DNA of 64,000 bases from Camelus dromedarius. Lineage: Eukaryota. A model generated the notes under the pieces. That model made no database searches. It was not told the origin of the DNA and saw nothing but the letters and a program-made list of their open reading frames with translations. Both the position numbers and the translations under genes were made by a program. Shown here in pieces: positions 13,198 through 24,554 of this stretch. The DNA lies in the NCBI RefSeq assembly GCF_036321535.1, contig NC_087438.1:11472001-11536000 (forward strand). Reading direction: 5' to 3'. Each line of letters opens with the position of its first letter. The stretch's first letter is position 1.

Positions 13198-13809
13198 ACT
13201 CCGACCTGAGCATGCGCACATTGAGCACGCCCAGCCCAGCCCTGATATGTCCACCGAACCTGCCGGGATTTCAGAATGGAAGGGGCTCGTCCACCTCCTC
13301 GTCCTCCATCACCGGGGAGACGGTGGCCATGGTCCACTCCCCGCCCCCGACCCGCCTCACCCACCCGCTCATCCGGCTGGCCTCCAGACCGCAGAAGGAG
13401 CAGGCCAGCATCGAGCGCCTGCCGGACCACGCCCTGGTGCAGGTCTTCTCCTTCCTGCCCACCAACCAGCTGTGCCGCTGCGCCCGCGTGTGCCGCCGCT
13501 GGTACAACCTGGCCTGGGACCCGCGGCTCTGGAGGACTATCCGCCTGACGGGCGAGACCATCAACGTGGACCGCGCCCTCAAGGTGCTGACCCGCAGGCT
13601 CTGCCAGGACACACCCAACGTCTGCCTCATGCTGGAAACCGTCAGTGTCAGTGGCTGCAGGCGGCTCACGGACCGAGGTCTTTACACCATTGCCCAGTGC
13701 TGCCCGGAGCTGAGGCGGCTGGAAGTCTCCGGCTGTTACAATATCTCCAACGAGGCGGTCTTCGACGTGGTGTCCCTCTGTCCCAACCTGGAGCACCTGG
13801 ATGTGTCAG
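13198..13809 (+). CDS. FBXL7: FBXL7 (F-box/LRR-repeat protein 7) penultimate coding exon (exon 3 in human numbering): Ser-rich N-terminal region, F-box, first LRRs
   Basis: The frame of ORF 13191..13949 gives DSDLSMRTLSTPSPAL...LPDHALVQVFSFLPTNQLCRCARVCRRWYNLAWDPRLW (F-box)...NLEHLDVSG, matching FBXL7 as recalled. Acceptor is a polypyrimidine tract plus ttgccAG (13196-13197); donor is CAG|GTACGT (GT 13810-13811). The exon is 612 bp with phase 1 at both ends. Confidence 0.97.
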
Positions 13810-15980
13810 GTACGTGGCAACTGACCTGCTATCAGTGGGCCCCTCCCAGTGCACCATCCCAAAGCAGCAGAGGACATGGTCACCTGGGAAGGGGCCCCTC
13901 TGTGAAAGCCATCAGAGATGATGGTAAGGAGGCAGACTCTTCTTTCTGAAATACTGTCTTTATGGAATCAGGACCCTGGGGGCCAGCCGTATCCTCTTCA
14001 TCAAATAATGTCAATTTCTTAGAGGAACTGGAGGCACCTTTTGTCCAGCAGTTCATTATTATGACTTTGAAATGCGTCTTTCCTCCCCAAAATACTCAAA
14101 GTCATTTCAGAGCAACCGTAGATAATGGGGACTAAATATCTCATCGCAGATTAATAGGAACCAACTATCTAACTCAAACGCAAGTAGTTTAGAAAAACCA
14201 CCCTGACGTCCACTGGTTGTGGTTCCCTGGAGCCTGAGAGCTGTGTCCAGCTGATTCTGTGCTGCGGGCTGTGCTCATGATTGTTTGCAGACACTGGGGA
14301 AAATCCATCCTGGCCAGCGGGCTCCTCATGTTTCACCCTCCTCTCCTCACCCTTGGATAGATATTGCATCTCTTCTCGACAAAATTCTCAGTTACAGGGT
14401 GCAAGGGTAGGGTCCGAGGAGTGGAGCCTTCGGTTCTTTTTAAAAATGAAGGAAATCCCAGCATGGCTGCTTTGCTTGCAAAGCTCTCTCAGGCAGGAAG
14501 AATTAAAACCCAGACTCACACTCAGGCGCCAGACGTAGATCCAGCCGGACTAACAGCCTTTCTTTATCTCATCCACTGCCCAGTCGAAAGATGAACGTTT
14601 GAGGGGCTGAAATGTGTAAGATGCATCAGGGAGTTAAAGAAATGAACAGCGTGAGCCACCGCCTCAGGGACTGTTGCCGGGTTGGGGGGACGGGGTGGGG
14701 TGGGGGAGAAGTAAAAACCACTGTGACAAGCGAATAAACAAAATTTGCGATTTACAAGCATCTGAGGTAAATGATACCCTCCCACCAAACCCGAGGTAAA
14801 AGTCAGCTCTCTGAGCTCACTCTCTCTTTTGAAAACCGACATCTGAAAATATTTCAGATGACAGTCAATTATTTTTCGCAGATTCGTTCCCCCGCTGGAA
14901 AGCAGCTCTCCGCTCCCCTTGTTCAGCTGGCTTCAGGACAAAACCGTCGTAACCGTTTGTTCAGTTAGTCTTGAGCAGCTGTTGGCGTCGAGAAGCAGGA
15001 ACCGAAGAGGTTTTTCTTACATTTTTCCCCCCAAGGAATTCTGGAAAGAGAAAGCATTGTGATGTGGTGGAAACTAGTTTCAAAACTTGTGATCTGAGAC
15101 AATTCACAGCTTTCTCTAGATGTGTTTCCTCTTCACTTAAAAAAAAAAAAAAAAAAGGTGGGAGGGGGGCTAAGGGATTTGACTCTTTAACACTCTAAGA
15201 TTTCTGAACCTTGAGGGCCTCATTTATAAACACCTCGTTTTCTTTTACTTTCTCAGATTAGGAAATGACTCAGTTTTGGGCTCCCCATCTTTGTTAAAGG
15301 GGCTCCCCATACACCCCCAGTACAGGCTGCAAGTAACTGTGTTCTCTCTTTGGAGTCTTTCTGACATTCAGAAATGCAGAAACGACTTTGGCTGGTTGGG
15401 AGTGGAAGTTTCTGGGCTTCTAGCCTGAGTGAGTGGATCCTGCCTGACCCCTTTGCTAACCATTGTGTAAACCTTCATGCCCATGCTCTCCATCTGCCTG
15501 ACCCGTTGCAGGATCTTCCTCACACGTCCCCCGATGACCCCCTGCGATCTGTGTACATAGAGTCTGTCCATGGGGGAATCAGACTCACCAAGAGCATAGA
15601 ATTCCAGGTGTTGGCAGGACCAGGGTGGGGCTATTCGTGTAGATGAACTTGAAAGACGCAACAGGCCATAAGGATGGGTCTGTGTCACCACCTCTGAGTG
15701 GTGCCCTCCAGCTCTGAGGGAATCTGGAAATTGCTGTGGTTTCACCTATGCCTTGTTCCCCTTGGTTCTCACACCTTCTCGATGGCAATAAACTTGACTT
15801 TGGCAATAAACTTGACTTTGGAAGACTCCTCTCTGGTCTGGAGCTTAATTCTCCCAGAGGACATGAGACTGCCCCTCCCATCCTTAACAAGCCCAGCTTG
15901 AAAGTTATCTTTTCAAGTCATTGAAAGTTAGTGTAATTAGCCCTAGTGTTTTTTCATTATCACATATTACCTTTTATTAA

Positions 15981-16442
15981 TGATTAGTCAGGGTTCTCTA
16001 AATATATATACATATATATATAATATATATATATATGAATTGGCTCGCACAGTGATGGCGTCTGAGAAGTCCCACAGTTTGCGATCTGCGAGCTGAGACC
16101 CAGGAAAACCCGTTATGCAGTTCAGTCTGAGTCTAAAAGCCTGAGAACCACGGTTGCCGATGGTGTTGGTCTGAGTCCAAAGGCAGGAGAAAAGCAATGT
16201 GCCAGCTCAGTCAGACAGAGAGAGAGAATTCTCTGTTCTACCCTTTTGTTCTATTCAGACCCTCAGCAGATTGCATAATGTCCAGCCACATTGGGGACAG
16301 CAGTCTGCTTGACTGGGTCTCCTGGTTCAAATGTTAATCTTATCCAGAAACACATTCACAGGCACACCCAGAAATAAGATTTAGCCAAATATCTTGGTAC
16401 CTCGACATTTAGTCAAGATGGCACATGACATTAGCCATGACA
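15981..16442 (-). mobile_element. MLT2B-type ERVL solo LTR with internal (TA)n
   Basis: ATTAGTCAGGGTTCTC...GAATTGGCTC...AATGTTAATCTTATCCAGAAACAC...GTCAAGATGGCACATGACATTAGCCATGACA. Confidence 0.8.
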
Positions 16443-16599
16443 ATATCACCTTTAAACAGCAATGGAATATATTAAAACCAACCAATTTTCAAAGTACAAA
16501 ATCTGACAATTACTACAAGTGAAATGGCTCCAAAAGGGCCCTCTGTAATTGGAGGCCTGGGAGTCCTCCTTACTTCTCTTCCTGATCTTCTATATCCCA

Positions 16600-17265
16600 C
16601 CAGTCGAATCCTGTCCAGGTGATTCTACTCCCCTCGAACCTTCGGTCCATCCCCTCTCCTCCACCTGCCTGCCTGGATGCATGCTTCCTGAACCATCCTT
16701 ACACCCGTCTCAACCCCGTCAACCGGCCCTCCACACAACCAACCTCCAGAGGAATGTTTTCAACCTACAAGTCTAACCGTTCATTTTCCTGCATAAAATC
16801 TCCAATTCCTCCTCATGGCATAGAGAAAGAAGTTCCTCCGCAGAGCATATATGGCCCTTCATGAGCTGCTCTTTCTAGGTTCAAATCTCACCCTTTTCCT
16901 ACGTAACCTCAGTGCTCCCTTCTTCGGAATCGGTTGCATTTCCCAAACACATCATGTCTGTGCACACTGTGATGCATGAGCGGTTCTCTGGCCTGCATGC
17001 CATCCCCTCCTCTGCCCATTGCCCCTCCCCAACAAACCTCTCGATGGATTTCTCATTGCTCAAGCCCCAGTCCAAGCGTCCCCTAAGTAAAGCCTTTCCT
17101 GCCTGACCCCTAGTAAGCTGAGGATTTCCTCCCAGTTGTCCCAGTACAGGCAGGTAGAGAGTTGCTGGGTTCTGCAACTGGGTACTTGTATATTCCTGGA
17201 TTCCTTTCTCTCACCCATTCTCAGCTTTTAAGGGCAGAAATGAGGCATATTTTGTCTCTATACTT
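16600..17265 (+). mobile_element. Degenerate L2 LINE fragments
   Basis: Pyrimidine-rich L2-like text (e.g. AAAGCCTTTCCTG..TGACC; AAGGGCAGAAAT...TTTTGTCTCTATA). Highly diverged. Confidence 0.45.
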
Positions 17266-19616
17266 AATGATATTGTAATTAAATGAACAGAGGAGTGTCA
17301 ACACCCTAAACAGTCCTCTTGATCTCTAAAAGTTTCAAACAAAGTTGTCATTGGTTAATACTCCAAACAAGCATTTAGGAAGCTGTAGTGCAGTGACTAA
17401 ATCATGCTCATCGGTAAAAATGGGTTGGTTGGGAGCATTAAATGAGTTAATTCAGGTTAAGTCCTCACATGTGTGCTCTGCTGAAAACCATGTAGTAAGC
17501 ATTCAATAAATCATGATGGCTGTTATCGTTTTGGGACTGTCATTGTTGTTAACATGCTTGGAAGACTGTAGCTGGTCTTCATGGACTTGATCCTTTTATA
17601 TCCCAGAGAAGGTAGAGATATCACCCCAAAAATAAGAGGAAGTGGTAATGAAGTGAAAGCTGAACCAAACCTGGAATTAATTGAAGAAACCCATACATTT
17701 GTTCAACCGTTACTATCCATCCCCTGTTGAGTAATATCCACACTCCTTACCCTGAGTGTCAAGGCAGGACCCCCAGCTGTGACCCGAATGGACCACTCCT
17801 GTCTTAGTTTCCATGAAAATCCTTTGTGTTCCACCCGATAAACTCACCCTGCCCCCTCACCCGCCATGCTTGCTTGTCTCTTGAATTTGCGTGTGTTATT
17901 ACCTTACACCAGCTGGGCTCTGCATTTGTGTATCTAAATTGTTTCTCTCTTCCAAGAATCCCCATAGAGATATAACCACTTTCAAGACTTCTGATTCCCC
18001 AGTGTCTAAATATTCATTTCATGCTGACATATCTACCGTAAAGCTCTCATATAATTCATCAGTTGCTTGCTACGTCCTAGTCATTTCTTACCATCCCTGC
18101 CAAAGCTGAAGCCTTAGATCAGGACCCGGTTTCCCTAGCCTGGCTGTACAAGCCGTAGACTCTCACTGGGTCTGAGATGTCTCATCTTTAAAAAATGAAG
18201 GTTACACTGGATGGTTTCTAAGGCTCTCTCCATGTCTGTAATGTATGGATGCATGCCCTAGTCATAGAGATTACCTGCTGAGCCATGGAGCAGTTTTTGT
18301 TTTTTTTTTTTTCCAATCCAAACGTAGCAAATCTGCAAGAATTAAGGCTAAAGCTGACGTTAAAAATTACTGATCTAAAATAATACAAGCCTATCAAAAT
18401 TGTGTCTTTACTAAAACTGAGCTAAGTTAGTATTTCATTAAATTTGGGGCTCAGTTTGAAAAACCAGGCAAATATTTCCCTGGACCAAATACAATATCCT
18501 CCCCGGAGCACAACAGATTTTACTAGATTTTTTTTTTTTAGGAAACTGGAACTAAGAGTTTAGGAACAGAGGTGGTCATATGATCTTGAAAAACAAAGTG
18601 CCTTTACAGGCATCACAGATGGGCAACCTCTGCTGTGAACGTACACAATTCAGCATAAAGCAAGATTACAGTCAGTGTAAAGAAAGAAACTCAAAACAAA
18701 GGACTATTTCAAAGCTACAAAGCCTTCTGCAAAGCCACGGAGCTCACTAGAGCAGTGTGGGCCGCGTCTGACAAGTCAAATCTCTGTTCTCCAGTGTCGA
18801 AGTTTATGCTTTACTCCTTCCTGAAATTCTTTGACTTGGTAGCACATGGCTTTTGAACCTCATTATTCCCAGGACCTGAATTTTATAGGAGTTTCCTGGG
18901 CAGCCTGCCAGGAGTGGGAGGACAGTCCCCGTGAGCACTGTCATGTGGTTGCTTCGAAGCCTTAGCTATGATGTGATGAGCTGAGGCACGGAGCCGCCGG
19001 AGGTGAGGCACCTGGATTTAGAGCTGCCAGAGGGATTCGAGGAAGAGCAGAGATAAAATGAAAACTATATATGCAGTCTATGTAGTAGGATGAAATATAT
19101 GCATACATATACCTTTATTTTATAATGTATATTACCTATGCATATTATTCATTTATATTCATATACTAAAAGTATCCTGTGCATATTTTAACTAGTAATA
19201 TATAGTCAACTGAAATATACAATGAAGTGAGGGTTTCATGTGTCACATAAAATGTATCATAATTATATAGTATATAGTATAAACATATCCATGTAAAATG
19301 TATGTATGCACATATTCTTCGGGAAATGGGGCTAGAAACAATGTTAAGAGAGGCATCTAAAGATCTCTTCCTGGGCATTAATTTCCTTATCCATAGAATG
19401 GATTGTTTTAAGAATCAGGTAAAGAAATATTTCTAAAAGCACTTTGTAAACATCATAATACAACATAAATAAAAGGTATTATAATAAGCTATAAAGAAGG
19501 CAGTCGGTTTTTCAATGGAGATGTACATCACCCACAGCCCACGTCCTGAGGACATGTCCATGTTGGACGTTGGGTTATTCTACCGCGTCTTCCTATAAAA
19601 CACTGTGCACTCTGTA

Positions 19617-20200
19617 ATTCATTCATTCATTCAACAGGTACTTAGCACCAGCTGTGAACCCAGTAGAGGGGATTCAGCAATGAACAGAGAGGCATCCCTT
19701 TTCTAGAAAGCTTACGTTCCAGAGTGAGGACAGCAAATCCATAAGTGAATACATAAATGGATAATGCCACAGGCTGATAAAGTGTGCTGAAAATAAACAG
19801 GAGTCTGGCAGCGGTACTAATTTATACAGGGTGATTAGGGAAGAATTGTCCAATAAAGGCATGTTTGCTCAGAGACCTCAGAAGGTAGGGGTGGCTCATG
19901 GCACTATCCAGGGAAGCCCTGTCCAGTGCCCAGGCGCTGAGGCAGGAGGGCACCTGAGTTGTCTGGGAGGTCAGTGGGGTTGGAAGAGGGGTAAGAGAGA
20001 AGATCAGAGGTCACAGGGCTGCAGGTCCTTAGAGGGTTAGACTTTAGATGTTACGCATGGAGTGAGATGGGTGCCATCTGAAGGCTTTGAGCATAACTGG
20101 AGTTCTGTTTTCCAGCATCTCTCTGGCAGCTGAGAGGAGAATAGAGTGCAGGGCAGGGAAACTGGTGGAGAGGCTAGAGGAATAATCCCGATGACACAGT
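19617..20200 (-). mobile_element. L2 LINE 3' portion; hosts the miR-887-like segment
   Basis: (ATTC)n tail followed by AACAGGTACTTAGCACC; AGCTTACGTTCCAG; GCCATCTGAAGGCTTTGAGCA; CTCTGGCAGCTGAGAGGAGAATAG. These are typical antisense L2 features. Confidence 0.75.
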
Positions 20201-20279
20201 TGTTCCTCCTTGACCAAAGAGGGTTGAAATGAATCCCTAAATGGTCACCTTGTTGGACTAATAACTACATATATTTCTG

Positions 20280-20770
20280 ATCCTTTTCAAAGTACGTCGG
20301 TATCCATTATCTCCTTGCATCCTGTTATACCTCCAGAGCGCAGGTGTGACAGCTGCTCGTTCCCATTTCAGAGGAAAGGCTTGACACTAGAAAATGTAAG
20401 CCTTCAGCCTGAGGTCATAAAAAGTGGAGCTGAACCACCGGCTTGGGACTGCCAAGCCAGTGCTCTTTCTGCCAAACCCAGGTCATGGCCAAGCCTTCTA
20501 TCTCATATCTCACTGCTTTGGACCACAGAGCTACCAGACCATTGTAGGGTAAGAGCTGGCTTTTACTGAGCTTCTGGAACTTTCCAGGGCCAAGGCAGGA
20601 TATTTACACACATTGTCTCATTTCTCCCTTCACAGCTGCCTTTCAGGGAAGGTGATCACCCTTATTTTCAGACAAAGGAAGTACTCAGAACGATTGATGT
20701 GCCCAGTGTCAGGCAGCTAGTGATGGATCTGGACTTGGAACCATTGTCTTTCTGATTCTAAAGCCCCCAA
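20280..20770 (-). mobile_element. Two degenerate MIR SINEs (~20280-20475 and ~20560-20770)
   Basis: CCCATTTCAGAGGAAAGG...GAGGTCATA and TTATTTTCAGACAAAGGAA...GTCAGGCAGCTAGTGA MIR-core motifs. Confidence 0.55.
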
Positions 20771-20968
20771 GCCTCCTAAACCCAAAGCAGTTAAATGATG
20801 AACGCAAAAACCTCAACCTTGCTTTCTCTATTGTAGGGCCCGAGAAGGGAAGGGGTAACATGGGAACCCGAACCCGGAGAGGGGTAGGAATCCGTAAAGG
20901 CGAGCCCCACCATCCCCACCCCCGTCCTCGGAGGTCGCTCTGAGCGTGTGTTCTGTCTCTTTATGCAG

Positions 20969-21705
20969 GGTGCTCCAAAGTGACCTGCATCAGCTTGACC
21001 CGGGAGGCCTCCATTAAACTGTCCCCCTTGCATGGCAAACAGATTTCCATCCGCTACCTGGACATGACGGACTGCTTCGTGCTGGAGGACGAAGGCCTGC
21101 ACACCATCGCGGCTCACTGCACGCAGCTCACCCACCTGTATCTGCGCCGCTGCGTCCGCCTCACCGACGAGGGCCTGCGCTACCTGATGATCTACTGCAC
21201 CTCCATCAAGGAGCTGAGCGTCAGCGACTGCCGCTTCGTCAGCGACTTCGGCCTGCGCGAGATCGCCAAGCTGGAGTCCCGCCTGCGGTACCTCAGCATC
21301 GCGCACTGCGGCCGCGTCACCGACGTGGGCATCCGCTACGTGGCCAAGTACTGCAGCAAGCTGCGCTACCTCAACGCGAGGGGCTGCGAGGGCATCACGG
21401 ACCACGGCGTGGAGTACCTCGCCAAGAACTGCACGAAACTCAAGTCCCTGGACATCGGCAAATGCCCTCTGGTCTCCGACACCGGCCTGGAGTGCCTGGC
21501 CCTGAATTGCTTCAATCTCAAGCGACTCAGCCTCAAGTCGTGCGAGAGCATCACCGGCCAGGGCTTGCAGATCGTGGCGGCCAACTGCTTCGATCTCCAG
21601 ATGCTGAACGTCCAGGACTGCGAGGTGTCCGTGGAGGCCCTGCGGTTTGTGAAACGCCACTGCAAGCGCTGCGTCATCGAGCACACCAACCCTGCCTTCT
21701 TCTGA
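20969..21705 (+). CDS. FBXL7: FBXL7 terminal coding exon (exon 4): Cys-containing LRR array ending ...IEHTNPAFF*
   Basis: Acceptor ttctgtctctttatgcAG (20967-20968). Splicing to the previous exon gives G|GG TGC TCC AAA GTG (DVSG-CSKVTCISL...), in frame with ORF 20980..21705. LRR repeats are evident (LTDEGLRYL, VSDFGLREI, VTDVGIRYV, ITDHGVEYL, VSDTGLECL, ITGQGLQIV). Stop TGA at 21703-21705. Confidence 0.97.
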
Positions 21706-22282
21706 ACGGACAGCTTCCTCCGGCCGCCGCTGTTTCCCTACGAACCTGAACAGAACAAAATGGTTTTTTTGTTTTGTTTTTTTTTTAAAGCAGCATATGT
21801 AAGCACCGACACCCACTCATAACAGCTCTCTCCCCCAGGAAGGTTCTTAAGAATCTGCTTTTTTTTTTTTCTCCCCCTAATTTCTCATGGGCAGCAGAGG
21901 TCAAGGTGGGGGAGGGAGGACACATTTCTGTTACAGTAAACGGTTTTGGGGGTCAGGTCATTGTAGGCAGTTTCTCTTCTCAAAAAGGTGTACCTCAGAA
22001 AGCTTACTGCAGCATCTTTAGAAACGCCCCTTTTTCTCTCTGTCTCTCTCCTCCTTCCCCAGGGTTCTGCACCCTGACCCCTCACAGCGCACCCCTCCCT
22101 CTCCAACAGCAGCAAGGCATCAGAATGATAATGCTCTCCAGACCGCCTTCTCTTTAAACTACCTGATTGGCCTAATCCACACTTCAGCCCCACACCCAAG
22201 CAAATTCTTGTTAAATAAATGTCACAGCCACCTGGTATTCACAAAGCACTTCCAAGCCTTTTTTAAAGAATCACTTGTGGCA

Positions 22283-22400
22283 GGCAGCATGGTGGAGGAA
22301 GAGACCTGCATCTCCCCTCCTCCAGCTCTGCCACTTACTAGCTGTGTGACTTTGGGCAAAGCACTTGACCTCTCTGGGCTTCTGCTTCCAGCACTGAATC
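22283..22400 (+). mobile_element. MIR SINE fragment inside the FBXL7 3' UTR
   Basis: CCAGCTCTGCCACTTACTAGCTGTGTGACTTTGGGCAAAGCACTTGACCTCTCTG, close to the MIR core consensus. Confidence 0.85.
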
Positions 22401-24305
22401 GGAGGCCATCGTCTGATCTAATCGAGGATTAGCTTCATGCCAATTTCAGAGCTGAGGGAACAGAGATGTCAATAAAGAGAGACTTTTTGGCATAGAGCAC
22501 AGGAGGCATCCTCTTCAGAGGCTATTGATTCTGTGGATGCTTTCAGAAGTGCCAACACCAGTGTCCTGTGTGTCCTTCACTCCAATCTGAGTTTGTTTTG
22601 GTGGGTGAGTCTCTTCTCCTGCCCCCACTAGATGGATGGTTTTAATACACAAATGCTGTCGGCATCACCCCAGCCCACATCATCGTGCGGAGGCAATAGA
22701 ATTCCCAATCACAGCAAAACCCACATCCCTCAGTCAAAGTTGATCTTTTGGAGTTTTGTTTTTTGGTTTTTGGTTTTTGTTTTTTTCAAATAGAAGGAAA
22801 GACCCTTACAGTTTTTAATTAGCAAGTGAGGCCCAAGGGAACACATGTCCTCTAGGGCTTTCTTAATCCCTCTCACCGCACACGTGGCACATGAGCACAT
22901 CTGCCCTGCAGCTGGCAGGAACAGATGCCTCGGTTCTTTGTCATTCAGATCACATTTCTACTTTTCTCACCTATTTATTTCTCTGTGAGTCCAAACTTCA
23001 TCACATGAAGCCTGTTGGGGTTAAGTCGTCAGTGTTGCCTTGTGTGGCTTGCCACCTTGTGTGACTGCGTGTCCTCTGTCAAAGATGCAGAGCAGACTTC
23101 CAGGTAGTTTAAATATTGTTCCCTCAAAAGTGCCACATGAGCGGAAGTGAGAACACATTGATAAGACTTAGGCGCTGGTCCAGGCCCTGGGAATAGAACA
23201 TCAATATCACTGCCAAGGATGAGTTTTAAATGGCCCTGTTTGGATAGAAATCCATTTGCTAGCCTCATGCATGTAAAGTCAGGATGCCAGAAGAAACTCT
23301 ATTGCTCGCGTTCATGAAATTTAATTGCCTTTTGTTAATAAGCCTGTGACCTCTCTTAAATTATTCTCTGGCAACACCCGTCCTTCATCACTGTTCAAAC
23401 AGTTCATCCATTTCTGTCTCAAAGGATCCATCCACACCCAGAACCTCTGTTTCTCCAAGCCTAGCACGTGGAATTGGTTCCAGATCAAGCCTACGCATCA
23501 CTTAACAACTGCCCTCCCACTGTTGGCGCCTTGCGTGCCTTTATCTTATGCTGGGAAGGAGAAGATAGGATGAAGTGGTATCACATGAAATATGCCTCCT
23601 CTCCAGTCAACTCCATCAGCAATCGAGAGGCGCAGTCAAGACCGTGTGTCATGAGGGAAAAGGAGTTGTTTGGCTGGGGAGGGTGCCTGGTCACACAGTT
23701 TAGAACCATGAAAGGGGTTGAAGGTAGCACTCCCTTGCTCTGTGACTTGTGATCCTGTCTAACAGCTCGGAATTTGAAACTCAGAAAGGATTATCCCTAA
23801 CCCTTGGCCCTGGGACCTTCCAAGTGAACTGGTTTAACACTCCTAGAATGAAGGCAGAGATCCAAAATGGCTCTGGGAACCAGAGAAGTGGGGTGGGGGT
23901 CCTATTCCAAATATCTGTCTGTATCACCAGTCCCTGACCACATCATCTAAACTGTCTTCCAAACATGAGACGAAGCTGACTTGCACACTGTTGCCCAGCA
24001 CACACTGTCTTTCCCAGTTTCTCCCTTTCCCCCGGTCTTCTCTTCATCCTTTCTGCTTCCCCTTGTCGTGTGAACCTGTGACAGAGGTTACTAGGGGAAA
24101 CAGCTCAGCAGATTTTGAGAGACCAAGCAAAAAAGCCTCACTAGGAAATTTATCTGTTTTTAAACATTGCTTCCTTCCTGCCTCTGCTAAATTGAATGCT
24201 CATTGTTTTTTTTATTTTTTTTTTTGTTTTTTTGTTTTAAATTCCAATGTTCAAATCACTGCGTGCTGTATGACTCTAGAAAGCCTTAATTTACTACCAC
24301 CAAGA

Positions 24306-24311
24306 AATAAA
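24306..24311 (+). terminator. Probable main polyadenylation signal AATAAA of FBXL7
   Basis: AATAAA with an upstream U-rich tract (~24205-24238), a TGTA (CFIm-type) motif near 24267, and GU-rich sequence downstream (tgttggtaattgggtt). Confidence 0.7.
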
Positions 24312-24554
24312 GCAATATGTTGGTAATTGGGTTAAGCCTCCTTTAATATCCTGGCCAGAAGAGCATGGTGTTCAGATGGGGACATTCAACGAGTGAGAAA
24401 AACTTGCCTCATGTTGAGGTAGAGACCAAGTGTGGTCACTGCAGCTCTTGTCTCTTTAAGGTTGCGTCCATCGTTTTTTCATTTCCTTTAGCTCATTGTC
24501 TGTGGCTGAAAATTAGCAGGTAAGTGAAAAAATTATTACCCTCCCAGTTTAGTT

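Larger units (their letters stand above)
13810..20968 (+). other. FBXL7: FBXL7 last intron (GT-AG, 7159 bp, phase 1)
   Basis: Canonical GT and AG ends; removal joins the two exons into one uninterrupted FBXL7 frame. Confidence 0.95.
21706..24330 (+). other. FBXL7: FBXL7 3' UTR (~2.6 kb; end approximate)
   Basis: Follows the stop codon, is repeat-poor with U-rich tracts, and ends at a well-supported AATAAA, after which transposon density rises. Confidence 0.7.

Noticed and set aside
13019..13921. 300-aa alternative-frame ORF and antisense ORFs (225 aa, 132 aa) over the F-box exon
   Set aside because: Shadow ORFs caused by high GC3 codon usage in FBXL7; low-complexity Pro/Ala/Gly translation.
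20791..21816. 341-aa antisense ORF
   Set aside because: Antisense shadow of the GC-rich last exon; no independent gene features.
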